Shown here: positions 1 to 14,216 of the stretch, in pieces
Numbering within the stretch: the first letter of the stretch is position 1
Layout of the letters: each line of letters begins with the position of its first letter
NCBI GenBank assembly: GCA_043228905.1
Contig: JBHGNT010000008.1
Span: forward strand, 8,184,001-8,248,000
Length of the DNA stretch: 64,000 nucleotides
Direction: 5' to 3'
From: Azolla caroliniana
Taxonomy: Eukaryota > Plantae > Polypodiophyta
Made by a program: the position numbers and the translations under genes
The notes under the pieces: model-generated
Told to the model about the DNA's origin: nothing
The model's input: only the letters and a program-made list of their open reading frames with translations
Databases searched by the model: none

Positions 1-975
1 TCCACTCGTCACACCGAACACACATTTCGCCGGGTTCAGGCTCAACCAGTACCCCCTGGCACTTCTCTAAACATAACCGGAGATGTTCTAGGTGTTCCCT
101 TTTTCGCCTGTATACTGCAAAATAATTTAGGAACACCTGCATGAATGCCGGGATGAACTCTCCAAATATCTCCATAATGATCCGCTTAAAAGTTGTTGGT
201 GTTGTCTTTAATCCGAACATCATTACTACCGTTACGAAGACTCCCCATTCCGTAACGAACATTATCTTCTCCTGGTCTTCCGGTCGCATCTGAATTTGGT
301 TGTATCCACTAAATCCGTTGAGAAAGTTATATACCTCATGCCCGGTTACTGCGTCCAAGACTCCATCTATAAATGGGAGTGGAAACGCATTTGTGACTAT
401 TGCGGCATTTAATTTCCGGTAATCCACACATACCCGAATTTTTCCATTCTTCTTGGGAACTACCACAATCGGGCTTAGCCATGTTGCCTGCTTCACCGGC
501 CAGATAAAACTGACTCGAAGTAATTTGTCGATTTCTTCCTTTACTTTGGCCGCATAGTTTGGATTCATACGATATCGTCTCTGCGCTACCGTTTTTGCAT
601 CCTTGCTCATGTGGATCTGGTGTTGATATAGTTGGGGGTCCAATCCTCGCATGTCTTTGTATGACCATGTGAATACGTCTCATAATTCTTTTAGTAGTGC
701 CACCATTGCCGATTTTTCTGCCGATGGCATTTCTTTTGCCACGTTTACCGATTTGGACTCTTCCCCAGTTCCTAGGTTTACTTCCTCCAACTGCGACACT
801 TTCACTCGTTGCTATACTACCATTTCCCGGTCCAGGGTTTCTTGGGCCTGTCGTAATTCTCAGATGGCGTCCCGATCTGGCTCCTTACCGACTTCTTCCG
901 GTTGCACGATATATGGGGTGATTGCTTCTGCAACATTCACTTCGAACAATGGGACTATCTTTGGGTGCTCATTGA
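1..975 (-). mobile_element. Ty3/gypsy (non-chromovirus-like) pol fragment, reverse transcriptase, degenerate
   Basis: Minus-strand translation gives AFPLPFIDGVLDAVTGHEVYNFLNGFSGYNQI...LSLNPAKCVFGVTSG; interrupted at 976 by a copia LTR. Confidence 0.85.
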
Positions 976-3900
976 TGTTGGCATAAAAGGCCAACTCCTT
1001 CCAAATTGTATCCGTCCGAGTGTGAACTCGTCAATAAGTTAGGGCATAGTATACCTAACATTGTAATGTGTGATGACAAGAAGAGTATTGTATCTCTGAG
1101 AAAGAACGAAGTAATAAGAAGCTTTCCATTAAAGCTCGATCTATTGTCTAAGTCTCGATTCACTATATTTTCTGTTTGTGTTGTTTTCTATGCATAAGAG
1201 AACAGGTCCGCATACGTATACATATATATATACATACATCAACCTTGTTGCACGGCGGCAACAAACAACAAAAGAAGCTAAGAGGAAAAGGTTAGGTTAG
1301 AAATCTTACTTTCATAAAAAGGAATATGGCTTCAACATCCGGAATAGGAGTTGAAATCAGAAAGTTCGACGGCAAAAACATTACCCTATGGAAGTAGATG
1401 ATGCAGGATGTGTTGATCATCCGAAGACAAGTTGAAGCCATTCGGCACAATGAAAGTCCTACTTTGATGACAGCAGAAGAGTGGAGATCAATGGACGAAA
1501 TAGCACCATCCACCACCCGAATGCACCTAGCCAAAAACGTCTACTTGAGCATGGCAAAAGAGAGGCCGTCTATGAGAAGAAGTCCGCATCTTCGAAATTA
1601 ATTTTGATCAAACAATTTTTCAATATGAAGATGAAAGAGACTGATCCAGCGACCTCCCACATCAACACCTTCAGTCGGGTGTTGTCTGAGCTCTCTTCAC
1701 AAGGGATCAACTTCGAAGAAGAAGTGAAAGCCCTTGCCCTCCTATCAAGCTTGCCGGTGAGCTGGGAGGTATTCTGCATGACATATGCCAATAGCCGACT
1801 AATCCTAAACTTGGATGAAACAATCGGCCAAGTCCTCACAGAGGACATCATGCGAAAATCAATGGGACTAACTATCGATGAGTCGGCAGAAGCCCAGCAC
1901 TTGACCAAGTCATTCGACCGACAGAGTCAAACGAAAGAACAATCTGACAAAACCGGTCCACACTACAGCCGATCGAAAACAAGGGGAGACCGACAACAGT
2001 CGAAGTCAAAAACGGGCCAAACAAGTGAGTACTACACACACTACAGGAAAACTAGCCACAATGTTTCTGACTGTTGGTCATTAAAAAGAAAAGAGAGTGG
2101 TCGCCGACTCGAGCGGAATCGGGAACGTTCTGACTCAAACCACTCTCAAGTTGGCAACCAGATCAACGTTGTTGACACTCGATCTGGAGAAATCCTCTCC
2201 TTAGAGGACTCAATGATCGGAGAAGTCCTCTACAGTGCACAAGTTGCACACACGTGGCTACTAGAATCTAGCGCCACATTTCACATGACCCCCAACATTG
2301 AATGGTTCTTGAACTATTCAGCTGACGCCAGCGGCACAGTCCGAGTGGGAAACAGGCAGGAGTGCAAGATAGCCGGAACCAGGGAGGTTCCCATCAGATT
2401 GCCAAATGGCAACAGAATAACCCTGCACCGAGTTCGAGACATACCCAATCTAAAGAGGAGTTTGATCTGCATCGGCATGTTAGCCGAAGATGGGTATCGA
2501 AAGACTCTACACAAGTCGACATGGGTGATCAACCAAGGAAACCTCAAAATCGGTAGTGGGCATAAGTATAATAATATATACCTATTGATGGTGATCAACC
2601 CTGAAGGGGCCGTGAACGTAGCCGAGAAAACCGACCCGAACCTATGGCATGGCCGACTTGGCCACATGTCTCAAGCCGGACTTGATCGGTTGATGTCGGT
2701 CGGCTACATCCCGAAACTCCAGGCAAAGACAGACTTTTGTGAGCATTGTCGATATGGGAAACAGACTTGAAGTTCACACTCTCTCCACTACAAGACAGTA
2801 TGACAGCCCCTAGAGCTCGTGCACACAAACATATGTGAACCCATGCCAGAGCGATCACTAGGAGGCTCCCGGTACTTCATCACATTAGTAGATGACTATA
2901 CACGGAAATTTTGGGCATACTCCATCAAGTCCAAAGACGAAGCGCTCGAGGTCTTCACTCGATGGATATCTGAAGTGAAGAACCGGTCAGGATACAGAGT
3001 GAAGACACTCCAATCCGACAACGTAGGTGAATACACATCTAGAGCCTTCAAACAGTACCTATCCGGAAAAGGGATCCGACACCAAAAGACCGTTCCCTAC
3101 ACACCCATGCAAAATGGAGTGGCAGAACGGATCAACAAGATGATCCAGGAGAGGGTGACGACAATGCTCCAGCAAACCGGACTGAAGCTGGAATTCTAGG
3201 CCGAGGCATTGCAGCCAGCAGTGTACTTGATAAATCTGGCATCGTCAAGAGAAATCAAGCTCAAAGTGCCATAGGCACTATGGTCAGGCAAATAGCCGAC
3301 CTACGATAGGCTCCGTATATTCGGATGCAAAGCCTGCGCCTTCATCCCTAGGGATAAAAGGACAAAGTTGGCACCCCATGCAACAAAGTGCATATTTCTC
3401 GATTATGGAACCGATGGGGACTTCGGCTACTGGCTATGGGACCCTGAGAACCAGAAATTGATTCGGAGTAGCGACGTAGTCTTCAATGAAGACTCTATCT
3501 TCTCTCAGTGGAACCAACAGAAAACAGTTGGTAAGAAGGTATCCTTCGAAGATGACAGCAGTGTCGTAGAAGGACCGACTCGACAAACAGTTGAACTCCA
3601 ACAAGCTGCCAACTTCCCTGCTGACACCGAATCAGCAACAAGTCCTATCATCAAACTCAAAGACAAAGTCTTTAAAGACACAGCCGAATCGACAAGGATC
3701 GATAAATGAAAAGTCACCAAGAGACAAGTCAGAAAAGAGTCGACGACAACCACAAGGGAGGACAACCAGACACCGCCGAAATTCCAAACCGGGGACGGAA
3801 CACCTAACAAGATTCTTGACATAACTGGTTCAACAAATACCGATCATAAATCGGAACCGATCGAAGGATCTGAACCAGATATTACGGCACCCAAGAGATC

Positions 3901-6003
3901 TGGACGAGCTCGAAGGCAAACAAAGTTTTATCAACGGGGCCTCTACTATGTCAACTACACGGATGCAAGCGAACCAAGCACATATGAAGAAGTTATGGCC
4001 GCACCGGACACCGAAACATGGCTACAAGCCATGAAATCCAAAATGGACTCGATTCATCAGAATCAGTCATGGCAGCTAGTCGAACTACCAGCTGGAAGGA
4101 AGCCGCTACCTTGCAAATGGGTTTTCCAATACAAGTATGTATTCGACTCAAAGAAACCCAAGTACAAAGCTCAGCTTGTCGCAAAAGGATTCAAACAGGA
4201 ATACGGGGTCGACTACGACGAGATATTGTCACCAGTAGTCAAGATCACCACCCTCTGACTCCTACTAGGAGTCATGGCGACAGAAGATCTAGAGCTCGAG
4301 CAGATGGACGTAAAGACGACATTCCTACACGAAGATTTGGAAGAAGACATATACATGTCTCAACCGGCAGGCTTCACAACAACGGGGGAGGATAGTCACC
4401 TCGTATGTCGACTAAAGAAAAGTCTATATATGGCCTAAAACAAGCGTCGAGAATGTGGTACCAGAAGTTTGACTCCTACATATGGCAACTTGGATACAAT
4501 AGATCAGACTCCGACCCATGCATGTATGTTTGGCAACTGGCCGACGAGTCAAGGATCTATCTGATCCTATACGTCGACTACATGTTGATTGCAGGAAGCA
4601 ATCAAGCAGAGATCGGTAAGCTAAAGTGGAGCCTTCACGCAAAGTTCCCGATGAAGGAACTTGGACAAGACCGACACATATTGGGCATGAGGATAGAGCG
4701 AAATCAGATGACCAAAACTCTCTGACTCTCCTAGTCCGAATACATCCGCAAGGTGCTAAAGCTCTTCAACATGGAGAATGCGAAGCCAACACCAACACCG
4801 CTTTCGACGTCGATTGGACTATCGGACAGAGACTCTCCTTCGATGGACAAGGAGAGAGAGCTTAATGGAAAGATACCCTACGAATTGGCAGTAGGAAGTA
4901 TCATGTACGCAATGGTGGCGACCCGACCCGACCTAGCCTATGTCGTAGGGGTGGTCAACCGGTACATGTCAAACCCAGGAAAGAAGCATTGGGAGGCCGT
5001 CAAGCACATCCTTAGGTATCTAAAAGGAACCCTGGATGCATAGCTGATTTTCGGACTTACAACCTGAGCCAAAGTCGAAGGCTACACCAATTCCGACTAT
5101 GCCGAGAACACGGACAATCGGAAATCGACATCAGGCTACATCTATGGTGGCGGTGCAATATCATGGAGGTCGAAACTTCAAGAATGTACGGCTCTATCTA
5201 CCACAAAATCCAAGTACATAGCAACATTGGAAACAACGAAAGAAGCCATTTGGTTGCACCGACTGACTGCCGACTTCGGAACTGCAAACCAAAACGACCA
5301 ACCAGCACCGATCATCTATTGCGACTCAAAGAGTGCAATACACCTCATCAACAATCTCGTCTATCATGTGAAGATGAAGCACATTGAGGTGCGGTATCAT
5401 CATATCCAGGAGCTCGTAAACAAAAAGAAACTCGAAGTCTGGAAGATCGACACCGAGGTGAACATCGCCGATTGCCTAACGAAGCTACTCCCAGATCTAC
5501 GCTTTGGAGCACTAAGGAAGAAAATGGGGCTACAACAAGCGACCGAGCAGAAGAAAGCCGAACGAGGAGCAGAAGGTAAGATCTTATCGGAACAATAACG
5601 ACACATCCTATACATCTGCCAACTTGGCTACATGCCGACCGACTTGTAGCATATAAACTTAGATCAATTTTGTAATCTAGGCTTACGGGGGGGATAACCC
5701 CAAACACTTGTACAGGCAAGAAAGAGTAGTCCTTTTACGGGGGAGTTTGTTGGCATGAAAGGCCAACTCCTTCCAAATTGTATATGTCCGAGTGTGAACT
5801 CGTTAATAAGTTAGGGCTTAGTATATAAGCGAGTACCTAACATTGTAATGTGTGATGATGAGAAGAATATTGTATCTCTGAGAGAGAACGAAGTAATAAG
5901 AAGCTTTCCATTAAAGCTTGATCTACTGTCTAAGTCTGAATTCACTGTATTTTCTGTGTGTCTTGTTTTCTGTGCATAAGCAAACAGGTCCGCATACGTA
6001 TAT
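976..6003 (+). mobile_element. Ty1/copia element A (decayed, full domain set): 5' LTR 976-~1241, gag-PR-INT-RT-RH 1326-5598, PPT, 3' LTR 5748-6003 (interrupted)
   Basis: Matching TGTTGGCAT-starting LTRs; UBN2-type gag, LWHGRLGHMS, integrase, ARLVAKGF-like and LYVDYM RT motifs, HIEVRYH RNase H; many stops and frameshifts. Confidence 0.93.
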
Positions 6004-6291
6004 TGATGCGAAATATGCGGAATATTACTCGGCCACAACCGAGTCTCAAATCGTGTCGTTTCGAATCAAACACTGAGAATGGGAATAGAGGTGAATACAC
6101 GTACACACAGACAATATGAGAGAGAGGGTACACAATATGTTTATGTGGAAAACCCTAAATGGGAAAAACCACGGGAGTCCACAAACTCCAACTATCACTA
6201 TGTCAAGAGGAATACAACAGGTGAACACAGAGGCAACAACCTCTTGCTCACAATCTTTGCCTGGCGGTAGTTACAACAGAGACTCGCTCTG

Positions 6292-6346
<55 letters not shown>

Positions 6347-8783
6347 TTCACTATGTACAGAAGTTACACTCAATAACTCTATACAACAAAATAATGACAA
6401 CCCACACAACTCTGTTTGCCCTAGGTCATATTTATACTAATATGACTTTAGGACTATTTACAGATATAGCCCCAATGGGCTCTCAGAAACATATTTACCT
6501 ATATGTCCCCTCATCCGATGAGAGGTTCTCACCGGGCCTGCATCATCCGGTTCTCACCAGGTCTTCCTTGCCGGGTATTCATCATCCGGTTCTCACCGGG
6601 CCTTTATCATCCCATCCGAAGGGACCACAATCCTCACAAACTCCCCCTTCACTCCAGCATGGGATGTCTGGTTAGTCCAATTTGCTTCTGGCATGCGTCC
6701 AGCTTTTCGGGCGTCAGCACCTTGGTCAACATATCCGACCCGTTCTCCTCTGCGTGGATCTTTGTCTGCACGAACTCTTGATATTCAACTTGCTCCCAGA
6801 TCCAGTGGTACCTCTGCTGGATGTGCTTCGCCCTAGAATGATAGGCTACGTTCTTCGCAACGTGGATGGCACTTTGACTATCGCAATAGAGCCGATATTC
6901 CTCTTGCCGGATCCCTAGCTCTTCGATGAAGTCCTTCATCCATATTATTTCCTTGTTGGCTCCCACATCCACCATGTACTCCGCTTCCGTGGTTGACAAC
7001 GCAACCGTCTTCTGCAGCCTCGACTGCCACGAAACAACTCCCCCTGCATATGTCATGATGTATCCGGATGTTGACCGGTTGGTATCCGCAACAGTCGACA
7101 TATCCAAATCGGTGAAACCGTCAAGTTGGGGTTTACCGGAGCCGAATCGAAGACACATAGTTGAGGTGCCTTTTAAGTACTAGAGTATCCATTTTACCGC
7201 ATTCCAGTTCTCCTTGCCGGGATTGCTCATAAACCGGCTCATCACTCCGACTGCATATCCGATATTCGGTCGGGTACACACCATTGTGTACATTAAGCTC
7301 CCAACGGCAGAGGTATGTGGTATCTTCATCATATCCGCCTTCTCTGCCTTCGTCTTCGGGCTTTGCTTACCAGATAACCTACAGTTTGTCGAGAGTGTCA
7401 ATCCGACCGGTTTCGAATCTGACATGTTGAACCGCTGAAATACCTTTGTCACGTACTTCTCTTGTGACAACCACAATTGCCTCTTTGACCAGTCCCGGAT
7501 GATGTGCATCCCTAGTATCTGGCTTGCCGGACCCAAGTCTTTCATTGAGAAGGTCTGGTTCAGGGCCTTCTTCAGCATCTGTACCTTGACTTGGTCTCAT
7601 CCGACAATCAACATGTCATCCACGTATCGGAGGAGTATCAGGAAGGCTCCACCATCAAACTTCTTCACAAACACACAGCGATCGGCCTGCGTTTTGTGGT
7701 ACCCTTGGTCAGTCATGAAGGAGTCAAACTTCCGGTACCATTGCCGGGGAGCCTGCTTCAAACCGTAGAGGCTCTTCTTCAACCGGCAAACCAGGTGCTC
7801 TTTCCATTTCTTCACAAAGCCCTCCGGTTGCTGCATGTAGATCTCCTCTTCGAGGTCGTCATGGAGGAACATCGTCTTCACATCTAGCTGCTCTACCTTG
7901 AGGTCCATGCTTGCCGCTACACTTAGCACCGTCCGGATGGAAGTCATCTTTACTACCGGGGCAAATATCTCGTCGAAGTCTACGCCCTTCTTCTGCTGGA
8001 ACCCCTTCACCATGATCCTGGTTTTGTATCTCGGGGGGTTGCTGGCATCTCCCGGTTTCAGCTTGTACACCCACTTGTTTCGGAGTGCCCTCTTTCCTTT
8101 CGGCAACTCCACCAATTCATACATGTAGTTCTAATGTAGGGAATTCATCTCGTCCTACATGGCACTCAACCACTTGTGGTTGTGGGTGTCCTCCTTTGCT
8201 TCTTCGAAGCTTTCTGGCTCCCCCTCATCGGTTAGCAACACGCGCTCTACATCCGGAAATCTCTGGGGTCCCTTCTCTCTCTGAGAGCATATCTGAGTCC
8301 TTGGCTTTCGGCAACCGACTCCTCTGTTTGTTCTTCATCTAAATCTGATTCAAGGTCTTGGCCAGTTCCGGTTTCTGCTTCTTCTTCTTCTTCATCGGTC
8401 GGTTCGAATTCCTCTCCATAACCGGCCGGTTCTTTGAGTGTCAACCGACTCTTAGCCGGGTAGGTCCGTATCTCATCGAAACAATCCTTACCGGTCAACT
8501 CGGAGTTCATTATCTTCTTCTCCGACTCCTAGTCAGCAAGGGTCTTGTCCTCCATGAAGATAATATCTCGACTCCGAAACACCTTCTTGTCGACCGGATC
8601 CCACACTCGGACACCCGAACACCTTTAGATGTCGGTAAGACACTTCCTTACCAGGTCCACACACTCTACGACATGTCTCCGTCCAAGGGCACTGAGGGTG
8701 ATATGTTTATCACGTACGTCGTTGTCGATAGCGCGTCAGCCCAAAACTTCTTAGGTAGCTTAGCATGTGCTAGCATACTCCGG
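6004..8783 (-). mobile_element. Ty1/copia element B, 3' half (INT C-term, RT, RNase H, PPT, 3' LTR 6004-6638), nested in the 3' LTR of element A
   Basis: ORFs 6649-8124 with RT/RH motifs (YVDDML, WQSRLQKTVALSTTEAEY); PPT GAAGGGGGAG next to a TG..CA LTR. Confidence 0.92.
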
Positions 8784-9349
8784 TGTCGTGAAGATTTTTA
8801 GCGATAGTGTGAAACTTGTAAGAAACATATGAAATCGAGTGTGGTTCTTCTCACAAAATATAAAAAAATAATAGTAAAGATACTATTTTAAATAAGTTTA
8901 ATATCTTGGTACAAAAAGATGGAGTTCTTGAAGAGCTTCTGAATGTACTTTACTACATAGGAAACAGACATCTAAGTGTCAAGTTATGTGGGTATTAAGT
9001 TTGCAAAGAAGAAGAGAAAAATATGTGATATCCCACATAGATAGGACAAATAAGGAACCCACCATATATAAGGTAGAGCAAAAGCTATTCCCTTTATGTT
9101 TATGTGCAGAGCATAGAAAGGTTAAGTTGTATGACTTAACAAATGGATGTAGCCAAATGCACATAACTATAGATTTTGGACGAGTCCGGCGACGGCGAGC
9201 GACGACCGACGGCGATAACCGACGGTGTCCGATGACGGCGACCAGCGGGATCTAGCATCTGACATCGCCCGGCGACCGTGACCGACGGAGCCGACGAGAC
9301 GACAACCGGACGAAGAAATGCCTTGTAAAAATACATTAATTATAAAAAC

Positions 9350-9381
<32 letters not shown>

Positions 9382-9760
9382 ATTCAAAAGGAGTGCAAGT
9401 GAAGACTTGATCCTTGCACCTCCACATTGAGAGTCTATAAACTTACCACTAGGCTATGTCATTTCTTTAAAAGTGTTTTCCCTATCATGATAGTTTTACA
9501 TGTAAATTCTCATATTAGAGCTTAATTGAGTGAGATGTGATGCATGAGTGCCAAATGGCAAACATGCATCACATGCATGACTTGTACCCTCACATGCATC
9601 ATATGCATGGGTGCGTCTATAAAAGGATGGATCAAAAGGATCAAAAGATGTGGTGTATTATTCAAGAATTTAAGAAGAAGAAAAATTCATTCTCCAATTG
9701 ATGGTGTATCTTGTTTCCTAAATCTAAAGTCAAGGGTCCAAACTTAATCTCTCTCTATCT
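8784..9760 (+). mobile_element. Truncated gypsy-type LTR (TGTCG start), related to the LTRs at 53368/56156
   Basis: Starts TGTCGT directly after CCGG inside a copia integrase; shares the tRNA-like cassette (CCTTGCACCTCCA...TTACCA) with the 53368 LTR; right end not defined. Confidence 0.65.
9386..9465 (-). promoter_or_regulatory. tRNA-like Pol III A/B-box cassette inside an LTR
   Basis: A box TAGCCTAGTGG (9456-9446), B box GGATCAAGTC (9413-9404), 43-nt start-to-start spacing, TTTT downstream. Confidence 0.55.
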
Positions 9761-9773
9761 CTCTCACGCCATA

Positions 9774-10351
9774 TCAATCTCTCTCAACCCAAAGTCGGTT
9801 GTTCCGATATCCCTGTCTGCGCCTATCCGAATCTGCATAGTTTCCTCGTTGGTCATCCCTCCTCCGATTATGGCCGGGGGAGTAATCACAATCATATCGA
9901 TCACGGTTATATTCACGGCCTCTATCATTACGGTCCCAATCATACTCATCCCATATATCTTCATATCGGACGTCTTGGATCGGTCTGAAACAATCGTCAA
10001 GCTGGAACCGTTCTTCTTCATCTTGTCGGTCGGTTCGGGGTTCGATATGTCGTACTGGTGTTGCCTGCCAGTTTAGCAGATTATATTCACAGCGGTCCAT
10101 TGTGTGTGACCGGGAGTGGCATAGCATGCATTGTGATCTCATCGTGCATTCTACCGTGGAGTGCCTGGAATTAAGGCACGTCATGCATTGGACCGCCTGG
10201 CGAAACTGTAGGTCCTCTTCGGTAGGTGCTTGTTGGAGTTCCCCCATCGTCAACCAAGAACTATTCTTTTCCATGACCTGATCTATTGTGCTGGTTTGAA
10301 AATCTATGACTACACACATTGTTCGGAGGGGTTCCCAGAGCGCCGCCAAAA
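9774..10351 (-). mobile_element. Gypsy gag C-terminal fragment with two CCHC zinc knuckles
   Basis: CMTCLNSRHSTVEC and CMLCHSRSHTMDRC followed by an R/D-rich tail. Confidence 0.75.
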
Positions 10352-10375
10352 ATACCGCAATCCATTGTGTCGGTC

Positions 10376-12425
10376 AAGGACGTGCAACTTGAGAAGTGCA
10401 CCGATTGCTTGTCCGGAAAGCAAAACCGAACCTCCTTCCGGTCAAGACCATCGATGAGACAGAATGCACCACTGGAGTTGGTGCATACCGATGTGTGTCA
10501 AGTGGACACGAAGTCACATGCCGGATTGCAGTACTTCATGACGTTCATAGATGACCACAGCCGGAAGCTATGGGTCTTGCCGTTGAAGACGAAGGATCAG
10601 GTGCTATCCGTCTTCAAGGAGCTCCACGCGAGAGTGGAAAGAGAATCTGACCCGAAGCTAAAGGCGGTTTGAGTAGATAACGGAGGAGAATACCAGGGGC
10701 AGTTCGAGGAGTACTGCTAGTCGAAGGGAATTCGGCTCGAATTCACCGTGCCGAAGACGCCGGAATTTAATGGGCTGGCTGAAAGGATGAACCGGACCAT
10801 AATGAAGAGAGTCTGGAGCATGCTCACACATGCCAAGTTACCTAAGATGTTTTGGGCTGAGGCGCTGACGACAACGACCTATGTGATAAACAGATCACCC
10901 TCAGTACCCTTGGGAGGAGACTCACCTCAGAAAGTATGGACTGGTAAAGATGTCTCTTACCGGCATCTGAAGGTGTTCAGGTGTCTCACATACGTACATG
11001 TGGCAAAGGAAGCTGGATCCGAAGTCCAGGCCATGCATATTCCTTGGATACGACAATGATGAGTTCAGTTACCGGGTGTGGGATCTGGTCGACAAGAAGG
11101 TGTTCCGAAGTCGGGACATAGTCTTCATGGAAGACAAGACCATTTCCGACTGGGAGTCGGAGAAGAAGATGACTAACTCCGGATCATCCAATGAAAACTG
11201 GCCTGAGGACACAAGGACCTACCCGGTTGGAAACCAGATGTTAGCCGGAAACCAAATGACACTCAACGAGCCGGGTGGATAGGGACAAGAAACCGAACCG
11301 ACCGAGGAAGAAGAAGAAGAAGAAGAAGAAGAAGACACTGAAACTGGACAAGATCCCGAATTCGATTCGGATTCGGAACAAATGGAGGAATTGGTAGTCA
11401 GAAGCCAAGGACGGAGATATCCTCTCCGTGAGAGAAGAGCCCCCCGGAGATTTCCAGATGCAGAGCATGTGTTGCGAACTGAGGAGGGGGAGCCGGAAAG
11501 CTTCGGAGAAGCAAAGAGATACACCCACAACCGCAAGTGGATGAGTGCCATGCAGGAAGAGATGGATTCCCTGAATGAGAACCACACATATGAACTGAAG
11601 GAGTTGCCGAAAGGGAAGAGAGCACTCTGGAACAAGTGGGTGTACAAGCTGAAACCGGGAGACATCGGGAATCCACCAAGATATAAGGCCCAAATCGTGG
11701 TGAAGGGATTCCAATAAAAGAAAGGAGTGGACTTCGATGAGATCTTTGCCCCGGTAGTAAAGATGACATCCATCCAAACGGTATTGGGCATAGCGGCAAG
11801 CATGGACCTCGAGGTAGAGCAACCGGACGTGAAGACGACATTCCTCCATGGTGACCTCGAAGAGGAGATCTACATGCATCAACCAAAAGGATTTGAGAAG
11901 AAAGGGAAGGAGCACCTGGTGTGCCGACTGAAGAGAGCCTATATGGACTGAAGCAAGCCCCCCGGAAATGGTACCAGAAGTTCGACTCCTTCATGACCAA
12001 CCAAGGGTACCACAAGACGCAAGCCGATCATTGTGTGTTTGTGAAGAAATTTGACGGAGGAGACTTCCTGATACTCCTATATGTGGATGATATGTTGATC
12101 GTCAAATGAGACCAAGGCAAGATTCAGATGCTGAAGAAGGCTCTAAACCGGACCTTCTCAATGAAAGACTTGGGTTTGGCAAGACAGATATTGGGAATGC
12201 ACATCATCCGGAACCGGTCAAAGAAGCTATTGTGGTTGTCACAGGAGAAGTATGTGACAAAGGTATTTCAAAGGTTCAACATGTCGGAGGCGAAACCGGT
12301 TAGATCGACGCTTCCGGCAAACTGCAAGCTATTCGGGAAACGAAGCCCGAGGACAAAGGTGGAGAAGACGGATATGATGAAGATACCATATGCTTCTGCC
12401 GTTGGGAGTTTGATGTACACGATTG
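10376..12425 (+). mobile_element. LTR-less internal copia fragment C (INT-RT), same family as B and 57000-61031
   Basis: LELVHTDVC, PEFNGLAERMNRTI and YVDDML motifs; no LTR at either end. Confidence 0.9.
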
Positions 12426-13462
12426 ATGCCGCAATCCATTGTGCCGGTCTCTCCAAAGTCATGTGAAATTCTCCTATCTTTGATCGCTCGGCCTCTGCTT
12501 CATTAAGTCATTGGGACACGTGGTTCGCCTCCCATGTTTGGAGGAAGGTGTATATGTGGGCTTCCGCGTCCGAGTCATCCCGATATTTTGAATACCGGTA
12601 CGGCATCGTGTCATTGTCTATCGGGTCTGCCTTCTGGCCTTTTCGGGGTGTCGTGACTGTTCCGATAATTGGACTTAGCACTATGCTCCCCGTCCAAATC
12701 CGATTCAATAGCTGAGAATGCTCCCGAATCTCCCTCACCCGCCACGAGGGTCTGTAGGATGGATTCCGCGTCCCCCAAACTGTTCAAACTGCTTCCTTCG
12801 TCCGAGTATGGATTGTGTTGTAACCGGAGTGACTCCTCCGTGAGCCGCCGAATCACTCTAGAAAAAGACCGATCTGACCAGATCTCCTCATCCGCCTATT
12901 GGTAAGCCTACCGCTTCTGCAGTCTCTCGGCCAATCTTTTTGCTCATTCGGCGACTGGGTCATCCATCCCCCCGTTGTTTGTTGCTTTCCACAGGAATCG
13001 TGGTCGCCAAAGTTGTGTTACTCCTAGGCCGGACTAGCCACTAGCACAGGGTGTCCTTCCGGATCACTTCACCAAAGGGGTGGTTTCGGTAAGGATTTCT
13101 GACTCCTATAGGCTTCAACCGGTTAACGTCCAGTGGAGATCTAATTCACAACACACAATGTTACACATGTAAGATCAATACATTAGACATAGGATGGAAT
13201 AAAGATCAGATAGACAATAATAACACGCTCTTATATTAATGTTCCGTCGTTCATACAATGATATCCAGATCCTTTTATAAACATCCAGTCTGTGCTATAA
13301 AACAGTGCCTAACCGGCAACCGGCTATGAATCGGTCTGAATCCGTATCGGCATACCTCTTCTGGATCCGCCCGTTCCTAACATAATTCTTAATTATTTAA
13401 TTATATTTCTAGGAACCAGCTCACCTCTTCCCCCTTCCATACTTGGCCGCCACTGGCCAACA
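12426..13462 (-). mobile_element. Gypsy 5' end: LTR ~13014-13462, PBS (TGGCGACCAC, tRNA-Arg-like), gag N-terminus
   Basis: TG..CA LTR homologous to 34468-34995; gag YSKYRDDSDAEAHIYTFLQTWEAN. Confidence 0.75.
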
Positions 13463-14216
13463 ACAATGATGTACATCACTACAACTGTTGGCAACACAGT
13501 TGTGGTTATAGGCAGATCGACTTGCAGATGATCAACATTAATGCCTACAATGTTTGACTCAGCCATAGTTGAGGTCACAGAAGAAGAGGCAAAAGTGACC
13601 ATGTCTGGTAGATCTTGGTGACGTTGAATCATGTTGCTTGTTGAAGACATAACAGACAACTACACAGCCATCCACCTCTAGATAGTTGTCTATAAATCCA
13701 CTCTTGTTTTGTACTTTGTATTTGATTCTGGTTTATCCACAGATGTCTCATCCATGTCGTCAAAGCCATCATGGAAGACATCCTCCTCATCCAGAAGTAG
13801 ATCCCACTCGCCCTCATCTGGTAGGCAGTGAGGATCGATGCAGTCTGTGAGACTAAGGACGTGACACATGAGTTGCTTGATCTCTACCTAGTGGCCCTCG
13901 CCTACCGGATGCTTCCCTTCTATAGGTCCAAGGTGCAGACGTTCGCCTACATCAGGGAGATCGATAGAGACAAGGCAGCGCATCTACTAGATGTGATGCA
14001 CTCCTTGATGGTTAGGAGCAAGAATGATGGAGAGCAGTCATACACGCATCTTCTGCCGCCATCAAATCGAGCCTCTGCAACTAAGGAGGCTGCAAGTGGA
14101 TTAGGTGAAGAAGACAGGAACTCAGTAGAAGCGAAATCACATCCTCTGGCAAGACACAACGAAGAAGAACCGAAAGAGCATAAGACACGAAACCTCCTTG
14201 TCTAACTCTACATGCT

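Noticed and set aside
6294-6343. (CT)n and (GA)n tracts (also 52551-52592)
   Set aside because: Ordinary microsatellites within LTRs
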